Assembly (NCBI RefSeq): GCF_009914755.1
Contig: NC_060929.1
Source: the human T2T-CHM13v2.0 reference genome, Homo sapiens
DNA: 64,000 nt
Reading direction: 5' to 3' (one strand)
Shown here one piece after another: positions 29,201-44,200 of this stretch. A model generated the notes under the pieces. It had not been told where the DNA came from. It saw only the letters and a list, made by a program, of their open reading frames with translations, and made no database searches. Made by a program: the position numbers and the translations under genes. How positions within the stretch are numbered: the stretch's first letter is position 1; each line of letters begins with the position of its first letter.

Positions 29201-32200
29201 CGATAAAAGAGTTTTACAAAACTGCTCTATCAAAAGAAAGGTTCAACGCTGTGAGTTGAATCCACATATCACGAAAAAGTTTCTGAGAATGCCTCTGTCT
29301 ACGTTATATGTGAAGATATTCCAGTTTCCAACGAAGGCCTCAAAGTGCTCCAAATATCTACTTGCAGATTCTAGAAAAAGAGTGTTTCAAAACTGCTCTA
29401 TTAAAGGAAGGTTCAACTCTGTGAGTTGAATTCACACATCACAAAGAACTTTCTGACAATGCTTCTATCTAGTTTTTATGTGAAGATATTACTGTTTCCT
29501 ATGAAGGCCTCAAAGTGGTCCGAATATCCACTTGCAGATTCTACAAAAAGAGGTTTTCAAAACTGCTCTATGCAGAGGTATGTTCAACCCTGTGAGTTGA
29601 ATGCAAACATCACGAAGCAGTTTCTGAGAATGCTTCTGTCTAGTTTTTAGGGGCAGATATTTCCGTTGGCACAATAGCCCTGAAAGCGCTCCAAATATCC
29701 ACTGGCAGATTCTACCAAAAGGGTGTTTCCAAACTGCTCTGTGAAAAGAAAGGTTCAACTGTGTTAGTTGAATGCCCACATCACAAAGAAGATTCTGAGA
29801 ATATTTCTGTCTAGTTTTTATTAGAAGATATTCCCGTTTCCACCAAAGGACACACAGCGAAGCCAACTATCCGCTTGCAGATCTTACAAAAACACGTTTC
29901 AAAACTGCTCTATCAAAGGAAAGGTTCATCTCTCTGGGTTCAACGCACACATCACAAAGAAGTTTCTGAGAATGCTTCTGGCTAGTTTGTGTGTGAAGAT
30001 ATTCCCATTTCCAACAAAGGCTTCAAAGCCCTCCAAATATTCACCTGCAATTGTTCAAAAGAGTGTTTCAAAACTGTTCTGTCAAAAGGAAGGTTCAACT
30101 CTGTGAGTTGAACGCACGCTTCACATAAATGGTTCTGAGAATGCTTCTTTCTAGTTTTTATGTGAAGATATTTCCTTCTCCACCATAGCCCTCAAAGCGC
30201 TCCAAGTGTCCGCTGGTAGATTCCACAGAAACAGTGTTTCAAAACTGCTCTGACAAAAGAAAGATTCAACTCCGTGATTTCAATGCACACATCACAAAGC
30301 ATTTTCTGTGAATCCTTCTGTCTAGTTTTTATATGAGGATATTTCCTTTTCTACCACGGGCATCCAAGCGTTCCAATTCTCCAATTGTAGATTGCACAAA
30401 CAGAGTGTTTCAAAACTGCTCCATGAGAAGGAAGATTCAAATTTGGGAGTACAATGCACACATCACCAAGAAGTTTCTGAGAATGCTTCTGTCTAGTTTA
30501 TATGTGAAGATATTCCCGTTTCCAGCAAAGGTCTCAAAGCGGTCCAAATATACACTTGCGGATCCCACAAACAGAGTGTTTCAAAACTGCTCTACGGAAA
30601 GGTATGTTCAACTCTGTGAGTTTACTGCAAACATCCTAAAGAAGTTTCTGGGAATGCTGCTGTCTAGTTTAATGTGAATATATTTTCTTTTCCGCCATAG
30701 CCCTCAAAGAGCTCCAAATATCCACTTTCAGATTCTACAGAGTGTTTCAAAACTGCTCTATCCAAAAAAAGTTTCAACTAGGTGAGTCGAATGCACATAT
30801 CACAAAGCAGTTTCTGAGAATGCTTTCGTCTATCTTTCCCAGGCAGATATTTCCTTTTGGACCGTAGGCCTCAAATCGCTCCAGATATCCACATGCAGAT
30901 TCTACAAAAAGAGTGTTTCCAAACTGCCCTATCAAAAGGAAGGTTCAACTCTGGTAGTTGAAGGCAAACATCACAAAGAAGTTTCTCAGAATGCTTCTGT
31001 CTAGTTGTCATAGGTAGATATTTCTTTTTCTACCATAGGCCTCAAAGCGCTCCAAATATCCACTTGCAGATTCTCCAAAAACAGGGTTTCAAAACTGCTC
31101 CATAAAAAGGAAGGTTCAACTCTGTGAGTTGAATGGACAGACCACAAAGAGGTTTCTGAGAATGCTTCTGTCTAGTGTTTATGTGAAGATATTCCCGTTT
31201 CCGATGAAGGCCTCAAAGCAGTCCAAATATCCACTTGCAGATTCTACAAAAATAGTGCTTCAAAACTACTCTATGGAAAGGTATGTTCAACACTGTGAGA
31301 TGAATGCAAACGTCACAAAGAAGTTGCTGAGAATGCTTCAGTCCAGTTTCTATGGGAAGACATTTCCTTTTGCACCACAGCCCTCAAAGCACTCCAAATG
31401 TGTACTTGCAGATTCGATAAAAGAGTTTTACAAAACTGCTCTATCAAAAGAAAGGTTCAACGCTGTGAGTTGAATCCACATATCACGAAAAAGTTTCTGA
31501 GAATGCCTCTATCTACGTTTTATGTGAAGATATTCCGGTTTCCAACGAAGGCCTCAAAGCGCTCCAAATATCTACTTGCAGATTCTAGAAAAAGAGTGTT
31601 TCAAAACTGCTCTATTAAAGGAAGGTTCAACTCTGTGAGTTGAATTCACACATCACAAAGAACTTTCTGACAATGCTTCTATCTAGTTTTTATGTGAAGA
31701 TATTACTGTTTCCTATGAAGGCCTCAAAGTGGTCCGAATATCCACTTGCAGATTCTACAAAAAGAGGTTTTCAAAACTGCTCTATGCAGAGGTATGTTCA
31801 ACCCTGTGAGTTGAATGCAAACATCACGAAGCAGTTTCTGAGAATGCTTCTGTCTAGTTTTTAGGGGCAGATATTTCCGTTGGCACAATAGCCCTGAAAG
31901 CGCTCCAAATATCCACTGGCAGATTCTACCAAAAGGGTGTTTCCAAACTGCTCTGTGAAAAGAAAGGTTCAACTGTGTTAGTTGAATGCCCACATCACAA
32001 AGAAGATACTGAGAATATTTCTGTCTAGTTTTTATTAGAAGATATTCCCGTTTCCACCAAAGGACACACAGCGAAGCCAACTATCCGCTTGCAGATCTTA
32101 CAAAAACACGTTTCAAAACTGCTCTATCAAAGGAAAGGTTCATCTCTCTGGGTTCAACGCACACATCACAAAGAAGTTTCTGAGAATGCTTCTGTCTAGT

Positions 32201-35200
32201 TTGTGTGTGAAGATATTCCCATTTCCAACAAAGGCTTCAAAGCCCTCCAAATATTCACCTGCAATTGTTCAAAAGAGTGTTTCAAAACTGTTCTATCAAA
32301 AGGAAGGTTCAACTCTGTGAGTTGAACGCACGCTTCACATAAATGGTTCTGAGAATGCTTCTTTCTAGTTTTTATGTGAAGATATTTCCTTCTCCACCAT
32401 AGCCCTCAAAGCGCTCCAAGTGTCCGCTGGCAGATTCCACAGAAACAGTGTTTCAAAACTGCTCTAACAAAAGAAAGATTCAACTCCGTGATTTGAATGC
32501 ACACATCCCCAAGCATTTTCTGTGAATCCTTCTGTCTAGTTTTTATATGAGGATATTTCCTTTTCTACCACGGGCATCCAAGCGTTCCAATTCTCCAATT
32601 GTAGATTGCACAAACAGAGTGTTTCAAAACTGCTCCATGAGAAGGAAGATTCAAATTAGGGAGTACAATGCACCCATCACCAAGAAGTTTCTGAGAATGC
32701 TTCTGTCTAGTTTATATGTGAAGATATTCCCGTTTCCAGCAAAGGTCTCAAAGGGGTCCAAATATCCACTTGCGGATCCCACAAACAGAGTGTTTCAAAA
32801 CTGCTCTACGGAAAGGTATGTTCAACTCTGTGAGTTTACTGAAAACATCCTAAAGAAGTTTCTGGGAATGCTGCTGTCTAGTTTAATGTGAATATATTTT
32901 CTTTTCCGCCATAGCCCTCAAAGAGTTCCAAATATCCACTTTCAGATTCTACAGAGTGTTTCAAAACTGCTCTATCCAAAAAAAGTTTCAACTCGGTGAG
33001 TCGAATGCACATATCAGAAAGCAGTTTCTGAGAATGCTTTCGTCTATCTTTCCCAGGAAGATATTTCCTTTTGGACCGTAGGCCTCAAATCGCTCCAGAT
33101 ATCCACATGCAGATTCTACAAAAAGAGTGTTTCCAAACTGCATATCAAAAGGAAGGTTCAACTCTGGTAGTTGAAGGCAAACATCACAAAGAAGTTTCTC
33201 AGAATGCTTCTGTCTAGTTGTCATAGGCAGATATTTCTTTTTCTACCATAGGCCTCAAAGCGCTCCAAATATCCACTTGCAGATTCTCCAAAAACAGGGT
33301 TTCAAAACTGCTCCATAAAAAGGAAGGTTCAACTCTGTGAGTTGAATGGACAGACCACAAAGAGGTTTCTGAGAATGCTTCTGTCTAGTGTTTAGGTGAA
33401 GATATTCCCGTTTCTGATGAAGGCCTCAAAGCAGACCAAATATCCACTTGCAGATTCTACAAAAATAGTGCTTCAAAACTACTCTATGGAAAGGTATGTT
33501 CAACACTGTGAGATGAATGCAAACGTCACAAAGAAGTTGCTGAGAATGCTTCAGTCTACTTTCTATGGGAAGACATTTCCTTTTGCACCACAGCCCTCAA
33601 AGCACTCCAAATGTCTACTTGCAGATTCGATAAAAGAGTTTTACAAAACTGCTCTATCAAAAGAAAGGTTCAACGCTGTGAGTTGAATCCACATATCACG
33701 AAAAAGTTTCTGAGAATGCCTCTATCTACGTTTTATGTGAAGATATTCCGGTTTCCAACGAAGGCCTCAAAGCGCTCCAAATATCTACTTGCAGATTCTA
33801 GAAAAAGAGTGTTTCAAAACTGCTCTATTAAAGGAAGGTTCAACTCTGTGAGTTGAATTCACACATCACAAAGAACTTTCTGACAATGCTTCTATCTAGT
33901 TTTTATGTGAAGATATTACTGTTTCCTATGAAGGCCTCAAAGTGGTCCGAATATCCACTTGCAGATTCTACAAAAAGAGGTTTTCAAAACTGCTCCATGC
34001 AGAGGTATGTTCAACCCTGTGAGTTGAATGCAAACATCACGAAGCAGTTTCTGAGAATGCTTCTGTCTAGTTTTTAGGGGCAGATATTTCCGTTGGCACA
34101 ATAGCCCTCAAAGCGCTCCAAATATCCACTGGCAGATTCTACCAAAAGGGTGTTTCAAAACTGCTCTGTGAAAAGAAAGGTTCAACTGTGTTAGTTGAAT
34201 GCCCACATCACGAAGAAGATTCTGAGAATATTTCTGTCTAGTTTTTATTAGAAGATATTCCCGTTTCCACCAAAGGACACACAGCTAAGCCAACTATCCG
34301 CTTGCAGATCTTACAAAAACACGTTTCAAAACTGCTCTATCAAAGGAAAGGTTCATCTCTCTGGGTTCAACGCACACATCACAAAGAAGTTTCTGAGAAT
34401 GCTTCTGGCTAGTTTGTGTGTGAAGATATTCCCATTTCCAACAAAGGCTTCAAAGCCCTCCAAATATTCACCTGCAATTGTTCAAAAGAGTGTTTCAAAA
34501 CTGTTCTATCAAAAGGAAGGTTCAACTCTGTGAGTTGAACGCACGCTTCACATAAATGGTTCTGAGAATGCTTCTTTCTAGTTTTTATGTGAAGATATTT
34601 CCTTCTCCACCATAGCCCTCAAAGCGCTCCAAGTGTCCGCTGGCAGATTCCACAGAAACAGTGTTTCAAAACTGCTCTAACAAAAGAAAGATTCAACTCC
34701 GTGATCTGAATGCACACATCACAAAGCATTTTCTGTGAATCCTTCTGTCTAGTTTTTATATGAGGATATTTCCTTTTCTACCACGGGCATCCAAGCGTTC
34801 CAATTCTCCAATTGTAGATTGCACAAACAGAGTGTGTCAAAACTGCTCCATGGGAAGGAAGATTCAAATTTGGGAGTACAATGCACACATCACCAAGAAG
34901 TTTCTGAGAATGCTTCTGTCTAGTTTATATGTGAAGATATTCCCGTTTCCAGCAAAGGTCTCAAAGGGGTCCAAATATCCACTTGCGGATCCCACAAACA
35001 GAGTGTTTCAAAACTGCTCTACGGAAAGGTATGTTCAACTCTGTGAGTTTACTGCAAACATCCTAAAGAAGTTTCTGGGAATGCTGCTGTCTAGTTTAAT
35101 GTGAATATATTTTCTTTTCCGCCATAGCCCTCAAAGAGCTCCAAATATCCACTTTCAGATTCTACAGAGTGTTTCAAAACTGCTCTATCCAAAAAAAGTT

Positions 35201-38200
35201 TCAACTCGGTGAGTCGAATGCACATATCACAAAGCAGTTTCTGAGAATGCTTTCGTCTATCTTTCCCAGGAAGATATTTCCTTTTGGACAGTAGGCCTCA
35301 AATCGCTCCAGATATCCACATGCAGATTCTACAAAAAGAGTGTTTCCAAACTGCCCTATCAAAAGGAAGGTTCAACTCTGGTAGTTGAAGGCAAACATCA
35401 CAAAGAAGTTTCTCAGAATGCTTCTGTCTAGTTGTCATAGGCAGATATTTCTTTTTCTACCATAGGCCTCAAAGCGCTCCAAATATCCACTTGCAGATTC
35501 TCCGAAAACAGGGTTTCAAAACTGCTCCATAAAAAGGAAGGTTCAACTCTGTGAGTTGAATGGACAGACCACAAAGAAGTTTCTGAGAATGCTTCTGTCT
35601 AGTGTTTATGTGAAGGTATTCCCGTTTCCGATGAAGGCCTCAAAGCAGTCCAAATATCCACTTGCAGATTCTACAAAAATAGTGCTTCAAAACTACTCTA
35701 TGGAAAGGTATGTTCAACACTGTGAGATGAATGCAAACGTCACAAAGAAGTTGCTGAGAATGCTTCAGTCTACTTTCTATGGGAAGACATTTCCTTTTGC
35801 ACCACAGCCCTCAAAGCACTCCAAATGTCTACTTGCAGATTCGATAAAAGAGTTTTACAAAACTGCTCTATCAAAAGAAAGGTTCAACGCTGTGAGTTGA
35901 ATCCACATATCACGAAAAAGTTTCTGAGAATGCCTCTATCTACGTTTTATGTGAAGATATTCCGGTTTCCAACGAAGGCCTCAAAGCGCTCCAAATATCT
36001 ACTGGCAGATTCTAGAAAAAGAGTGTTTCAAAACTGCTCTATTAAAGGAAGGTTCAACTCTGTGAGTTGAATTCACACATCACAAAGAACTTTCTGACAA
36101 TGCTTCTATCTAGTTTTTATGTGAAGATATTACTGTTTCCTATGAAGGCCTCAAAGTGGTCCGAATATCCACTTGCAGATTCTACAAAAAGAGGTTTTCA
36201 AAACTGCTCTATGCAGAGGTATGTTCAACCCTGTGAGTTGAATGCAAACATCACGAAGCAGTTTCTGAGAATGCTTCTGTCTAGTTTTTAGGGGCAGATA
36301 TTTCCGTTGGCACAATAGCCCTCAAAGCGCTCCAAATATCCACTGGCAGATTCTACCAAAAGGGTGTTTCAAAACTGCTCTGTGAAAAGAAAGGTTCAAC
36401 TGTGTTAGTTGAATGCCCACATCACGAAGAAGATTCTGAGAATATTTCTGTCTAGTTTTTATTAGAAGATATTCCCGTTTCCACCAAAGGACACACAGCG
36501 AAGCCAACTATCCGCTTGCAGATCTTACAAAAACACGTTTCAAAACTGCTCTATCAAAGGAAAGGTTCATCTCTCTGGGTTCAACGCACACATCACAAAG
36601 AAGTTTCTGAGAATGCTTCTGGCTAGTTTGTGTGTGAAGATATTCCCATTTCCAAAAAAGGCTTCAAAGCCCTCCAAATATTCACCTGCAATTGTTCAAA
36701 AGAGTGTTTCAAAACTGTTCTATCAAAAGGAAGGTTCAACTCTGTGAGTTGAACGCACGCTTCACATAAATGGTTCTGAGAATGCTTCTTTCTAGTTTTT
36801 ATGTGAAGATATTTCCTTCTCCACCATAGCCCTCAAAGCACTCCAAGTGTCTGCTGACAGATTCCACAGAAACAGTGTTTCAAAACTGCTCTAACAAAAG
36901 AAAGATTCAACTCCGTGATCTGAATGCACACATCACAAAGCATTTTCTGTGAATCCTTCTGTCTAGTTTTTATATGAGGATATTTCCTTTTCTACCACGG
37001 GCATCCAAGCGTTCCAATTCTCCAATTGTAGATTGCACAAACAGAGTGTTTCAAAACTGCTCCTTGGGAAGGAAGATTCAAATTTGGGAGTACAATGCAC
37101 AAATCACGAAGAAGTTTCTGAGAATGCTTCTGTCTAGTTTATATGTGAAGATATTCCCGTTTCCAGCAAAGGTCTCAAAGCGGTCCAAATATCCACTTGC
37201 GGATCCCACAAACAGAGTGTTTCAAAACTGCTCTACGGAAAGGTATGTTCAACTCTGTGAGTTTACTGCAAACATCCTAAAGAAGTTTCTGGGAATGCTG
37301 CTGTCTAGTTTAATGTGAATATCTTTTCTTTTCTGCCATAGCCCTCAAAGAGCTCCAAATATCCACTTTCAGATTCTACAGAGTGTTTCAAAACTGCTCT
37401 ATCCAAAAAAAGTTTCAACTCGGTGAGTCGAATGCACATATCACAAAGCAGTTTCTGAGAATGCTTTCGTCTATCTTTCCCAGGAAGATATTTCCTTTTG
37501 GACCGTAGGCCTCAAATCGCTCCAGATATCCACATGCAGATTCTACAAAAAGAGTGTTTCCAAACTGCCTTATCAAAAGGAAGGTTCAACTCTGGTAGTT
37601 GAAGGCAAACATCACAAAGAAGTTTCTCAGAATGCTTCTGTCTAGTTGTCATAGGCAGATATTTCTTTTTCTACCATAGGCCTCAAAGCGCTCCAAATAT
37701 CCACTTGCAGATTCTCCAAAAACAGGGTTTCAAAACTGCTCCATAAAAAGGAAGGTTCAACTCTGTGAGTTGAATGGACAGACCACAAAGAAGTTTCTGA
37801 GAATGCTTCTGTCTAGTGTTTATGTGAAGGTATTCCCGTTTCCGATGAAGGCCTCAAAGCAGTCCAAATATCCACTTGCAGATTCTACAAAAATAGTGCT
37901 TCAAAACTACTCTATGGAAAGGTATGTTCAACACTGTGAGATGAATGCAAACGTCACAAAGAAGTTGCTGAGAATGCTTCAGTCTACTTTCTATGGGAAG
38001 ACATTTCCTTTTGCACCACAGCCCTCAAAGCACTCCAAATGTCTACTTGCAGATTCGATAAAAGAGTTTTACAAAACTGCTCTATCAAAAGAAAGGTTCA
38101 ACGCTGTGAGTTGAATCCACATATCACGAAAAAGTTTCTGAGAATGCCTCTATCTACGTTTTATGTGAAGATATTCCGGTTTCCAACGAGGGCCTCAAAG

Positions 38201-41200
38201 CGCTCCAAATATCTACTGGCAGATTCTAGAAAAAGAGTGTTTCAAAACTGCTCTATTAAAGGAAGGTTCAACTCTGTGAGTTGAATTCACACATCACAAA
38301 GAACTTTCTGACAATGCTTCTATCTAGTTTTTATGTGAAGATATTACTGTTTCCTATGAAGGCCTCAAAGTGGTCCGAATATCCACTTGCAGATTCTACA
38401 AAAAGAGGTTTTCAAAACTGCTCTATGCAGAGGTATGTTCAACCCTGTGAGTTGAATGCAAACATCACGAAGCAGTTTCTGAGAATGCTTCTGTCTAGTT
38501 TTTAGGGGCAGATATTTCCGTTGGCACAATAGCCCTCAAAGCGCTCCAAATATCCACTGGCAGATTCTACCAAAAGGGTGTTTCAAAACTGCTCTGTGAA
38601 AAGAAAGGTTCAACTGTGTTAGTTGAATGCCCACATCACGAAGAAGATTCTGAGAATATTTCTGTCTAGTTTTTATTAGAAGATATTCCCGTTTCCACCA
38701 AAGGACACACAGCGAAGCCAACTATCCGCTTGCAGATCTTACAAAAACACGTTTCAAAACTGCTCTATCAAAGGAAAGGTTCATCTCTCTGGGTTCAACG
38801 CACACATCACAAAGAAGTTTCTGAGAATGCTTCTGGCTAGTTTGTGTGTGAAGATATTCCCATTTCCAACAAAGGCTTCAAAGCCCCCCAAATATTCACC
38901 TGCAATTGTTCAAAAGAGTGTTTCAAAACTGTTCTATCAAAAGGAAGGTTCAACTCTGTGAGTTGAACGCACGCTTCACATAAATGGTTCTGAGAATGCT
39001 TCTTTCTAGTTTTTATGTGAAGATATTTCCTTCTCCACCATAGCCCTCAAAGCGCTCCAAGTGTCCGCTGACAGATTCCACAGAAACAGTGTTTCAAAAC
39101 TGCTCTAACAAAAGAAAGATTCAACTCCGTGATCTGAATGCACACATCACAAAGCATTTTCTGTGAATCCTTCTGTCTAGTTTTTATATGAGGATATTTC
39201 CTTTTCTACCACGGGCATCCAAGCGTTCCAATTCTCCAATTGTAGATTGCACAAACAGAGTGTTTCAAAACTGCTCCTTGGGAAGGAAGATTCAAATTTG
39301 GGAGTACAATGCACACATCACGAAGAAGTTTCTGAGAATGCTTCTGTCTAGTTTATATGTGAAGATATTCCCGTTTCCAGCAAGGGTCTCAAAGGGGTCC
39401 AAATATTCACTTGCGGATCCCACAAACAGAGTGTTTCAAAACTGCTCTACGGAAAGGTATGTTCAACTCTGTGAGTTTACTGCAAACATCCTAAAGAAGT
39501 TTCTGGGAATGCTGCTGTCTAGTTTAATGTGAATATATTTTCTTTTCCGCCATAGCCCTCAAAGAGCTCCAAATATCCACTTTCAGATTCTACAGAGTGT
39601 TTCAAAACTGCTCTATCCAAAAAAAGTTTCAACTCGGTGAGTCGAATGCACATATCACAAAGCAGTTTCTGAGAATGCTTTCGTCTATCTTTCCCAGGAA
39701 GATATTTCCTTTTGGACCGTAGGCCTCAAATCGCTCCAGATATCCACATGCAGATTCTACAAAAAGAGTGTTTCCAAACTGCCCTATCAAAAGGAAGGTT
39801 CAACTCTGGTAGTTGAAGGCAAACATCACAAAGAAGTTTCTCAGAATGCTTCTGTCTAGTTGTCATAGGCAGATATTTCTTTTTCTACCATAGGCCTCAA
39901 AGCGCTCCAAATATCCACTTGCAGATTCTCCAAAAACAGGGTTTCAAAACTGCTCCATAAAAAGGAAGGTTCAACTCTGTGAGTTGAATGGACAGACCAC
40001 AAAGAAGTTTCTGAGAATGCTTCTGTCTAGTGTTTATGTGAAGGTATTCCCGTTTCCGATGAAGGCCTCAAAGCAGTCCAAATATCCACTTGCAGATTCT
40101 ACAAAAATAGTGCTTCAAAACTACTCTATGGAAAGGTATGTTCAACACTGTGAGATGAATGCAAACGTCACAAAGAAGTTGCTGAGAATGCTTCAGTCTA
40201 CTTTCTATGGGAAGACATTTCCTTTTGCACCACAGCCCTCAAAGCACTCCAAATGTCTACTTGCAGATTCGATAAAAGAGTTTTACAAAACTGCTCTATC
40301 AAAAGAAAGGTTCAACGCTGTGAGTTGAATCCACATATCACGAAAAAGTTTCTGAGAATGCCTCTATCTACGTTTTATGTGAAGATATTCCGGTTTCCAA
40401 CGAAGGCCTCAAAGCGCTCCAAATATCTACTGGCAGATTCTAGAAAAAGAGTGTTTCAAACTGCTCTATTAAAGGAAGGTTCAACTCTGTGTGTTGAATT
40501 CCCACATCACAAAGAACTTTCTGACAATGCTTCTATCTAGTTTTTATGTGAAGATATTACTGTTTCCTATGAAGGCCTCAAAGTGGTCCGAATATCCACT
40601 TGCAGATTCTACAAAAAGAGGTTTTCAAAACTGCTCTATGCAGAGGTATGTTCAACCCTGTGAGTTGAATGCAAACATCACGAAGCAGTTTCTGAGAATG
40701 CTTCTGTCTAGTTTTTAGGGGCAGATATTTCCGTTGGCACAATAGCCCTCAAAGCGCTCCAAATATCCACTGGCAGATTCTACCAAAAGGGTGTTTCCAA
40801 ACTGCTCTGTGAAAAGAAAGGTTCAACTGTGTTAGTTGAATGCCCACATCACAAAGAAGATTCTGAGAATATTTCTGTCTAGTTTTTATTAGAAGATATT
40901 CCCGTTTCCACCAAAGGACACACAGCGAAGCCAACTATCCGCTTGCAGATCTTACAAAAACACGTTTCAAAACTGCTCTATCAAAGGAAAGGTTCATCTC
41001 TCTGGGTTCAACGCACACATCACAAAGAAGTTTCTGAGAATGCTTCTGGCTAGTTTGTGTGTGAAGATATTCCCATTTCCAACAAAGGCTTCAAAGCCCT
41101 CCAAATATTCACCTGCAATTGTTCAAAAGAGTGTTTCAAAACTGTTCTATCAAAAGGAAGGTTCAACTCTGTGAGTTGAACGCACGCTTCACATAAATGG

Positions 41201-44200
41201 TTCTGAGAATGCTTCTTTCTAGTTTTTATGTGAAGATATTTCCTTCTCCACCATAGCCCTCAAAGCGCTCCAAGTGTCCACTGGCAGATTCCACAGAAAC
41301 GGTGTTTCAAAACTGCTCTAACAAAAGAAAGATTCAACTCCGTGATCTGAATGCACACATCACAAAGCATTTTCTGTGAATCCTTCTGTCTAGTTTTTAT
41401 ATGAGGATATTTCCTTTTCTACCACGGACATCCAAGCGTTCCAATTCTCCAATTGTAGATTGCACAAACAGAGTGTTTCAAAACTGCTCCTAGGGAAGGA
41501 AGATTCAAATTTGGGAGTACAATGCACACATCACGAAGAAGTTTCTGAGAATGCTTCTGTATAGTTTATATGTGAAGATATTCCCGTTTCCAGCAAAGGT
41601 CTCAATGCGGTCCAAATATCCACTTGCGGATCCCACAAACAGAGTGTTTCAAAACTGCTCTACGGAAAGGTATGTTCAACTCTGTGAGTTTACTGCAAAC
41701 ATCCTAAAGAAGTTTCTGGGAATGCTGCTGTCTAGTTTAATGTGAATATATTTTCTTTTCCGCCATAGCCCTCAAAGAGCTCCAAATATCCACTTTCAGA
41801 TTCTACAGAGTGTTTCAAAACTGCTCTATCCAAAAAAAGTTTCAACTCGGTGAGTCGAATGCACATATCACAAAGCAGTTTCTGAGAATGCTTTCGTCTA
41901 TCTTTCCCAGGAAGATATTTCCTTTTGGACCGTAGGCCTCAAATCGCTCCAGATATCCACATGCAGATTCTACAAAAAGAGTGTTTCCAAACTGCCTTAT
42001 CAAAAGGAAGGTTCAACTCTGGTAGTTGAAGGCAAACATCACAAAGAAGTTTCTCAGAATGCTTCTGTCTAGTTGTCATAGGCAGATATTTCTTTTTCTA
42101 CCATAGGCCTCAAAGCGCTCCAAATATCCACTTGCAGATTCTCCAAAAACAGGGTTTCAAAACTGCTCCATAAAAAGGAAGGTTCAACTCTGTGAGTTGA
42201 ATGGACAGACCACAAAGAAGTTTCTGAGAATGCTTCTGTCTAGTGTTTATGTGAAGGTATTCCCGTTTCCGATGAAGGCCTCAAAGCAGTCCAAATATCC
42301 ACTTGCAGATTCTACAAAAATAGTGCTTCAAAACTACTCTATGGAAAGGTATGTTCAACACTGTGAGATGAATGCAAACGTCACAAAGAAGTTGCTGAGA
42401 ATGCTTCAGTCTACTTTCTATGGGAAGACATTTCCTTTTGCACCACAGCCCTCAACGCACTCCAAATGTCTACTTGCAGATTCGATAAAAGAGTTTTACA
42501 AAACTGCTCTATCAAAAGAAAGGTTCAACGCTGTGAGTTGAATCCACATATCACGAAAAAGTTTCTGAGAATGCCTCTATCTACGTTTTATGTGAAGATA
42601 TTCCGGTTTCCAACGAAGGCCTCAAAGCGCTCCAAATATCTACTGGCAGATTCTAGAAAAAGAGTGTTTCAAAACTGCTCTATTAAAGGAAGGTTCAACT
42701 CTGTGTGTTGAATTCACACATCACAAAGAACTTTCTGACAATGCTTCTATCTAGTTTTTATGTGAAGATATTACTGTTTCCTATGAAGGCCTCAAAGTGG
42801 TCCGAATATACACTTGCAGATTCTACAAAAAGAGGTTTTCAAAACTGCTCTATGCAGAGGTATGTTCAACCCTGTGAGTTGAATGCAAACATCACGAAGC
42901 AGTTTCTGAGAATGCTTCTGTCTAGTTTTTAGGGGCAGATATTTCCGTTGGCACAATAGCCCTCAAAGCGCTCCAAATATCCACTGGCAGATTCTACCAA
43001 AAGGGTGTTTCAAAACTGCTCTGTGAAAAGAAAGGTTCAACTGTGTTAGTTGAATGCCCACATCACAAAGAAGATTCTGAGAATATTTCTGTCTAGTTTT
43101 TATTAGAAGATATTCCCGTTTCCACCAAAGGACACACAGCGAAGCCAACTATCCGCTTGCAGATCTTACAAAAACACGTTTCAAAACTGCTCTATCAAAG
43201 GAAAGGTTCATCTCTCTGGGTTCAACGCACACATCACAAAGAAGTTTCTGAGAATGCTTCTGGCTAGTTTGTGTGTGAAGATATTCCCATTTCCAACAAA
43301 GGCTTCAAAGCCCTCCAAATATTCACCTGCAATTGTTCAAAAGAGTGTTTCAAAACTGTTCTATCAAAAGGAAGGTTCAACTCTGTGAGTTGAACGCACG
43401 CTTAACATAAATGGTTCTGAGAATGCTTCTTTCTAGTTTTTATGTGAAGATATTTCCTTCTCCACCATAGCCCTCAAAGCGCTCCAAGTGTCCGCTGGCA
43501 GATTCCACAGAAACGGTGTTTCAAAACTGCTCTAACAAAAGAAAGATTCAACTCCGTGATCTGAATGCACACATCACAAAGCATTTTCTGTGAATCCTTC
43601 TGTCTAGTTTTTATATGAGGATATTTCCTTTTCTACCACGGGCATCCAAGCGTTCCAATTCTCCAATTGTAGATTGCACAAACAGAGTGTTTCAAAACTG
43701 CTCCATGAGAAGGAAGATTCAAATTTGGGAGTACAATGCACACATCACCAAGAAGTTTCTGAGAATGCTTCTGTCTAGTTTATATGTGAAGATATTCCCG
43801 TTTCCAGCAAAGGTCTCAAAGCGGTCCAAATATCCACTTGCGGATCCCACAAACAGAGTGTTTCAAAACTGCTCTACGGAAAGGTATGTTCAACTCTGTG
43901 AGTTTACTGCAAACATCCTAAAGAAGTTTCTGGGAATGCTGCTGTCTAGTTTAATGTGAATATATTTTCTTTTCCGCCATAGCCCTCAAAGAGCTCCAAA
44001 TATCCACTTTCAGATTCTACAGAGTGTTTCAAAACTGCTCTATCCAAAAAAAGTTTCAACTCGGTGAGTCGAATGCACATATCACAAAGCAGTTTCTGAG
44101 AATGCTTTCGTCTATCTTTCCCAGGAAGATATTTCCTTTTGGACCGTAGGCCTCAAATCGCTCCAGATATCCACATGCAGATTCTACAAAAAGAGTGTTT

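Noticed and set aside
33136-40462. Two 2213-bp periods within the 13-mer array
   Set aside because: These are explained by single-base deletions (aaactgcatatc near 33140; tttcaaactg near 40457). They are ordinary point indels or sequencing errors, not structural variants.
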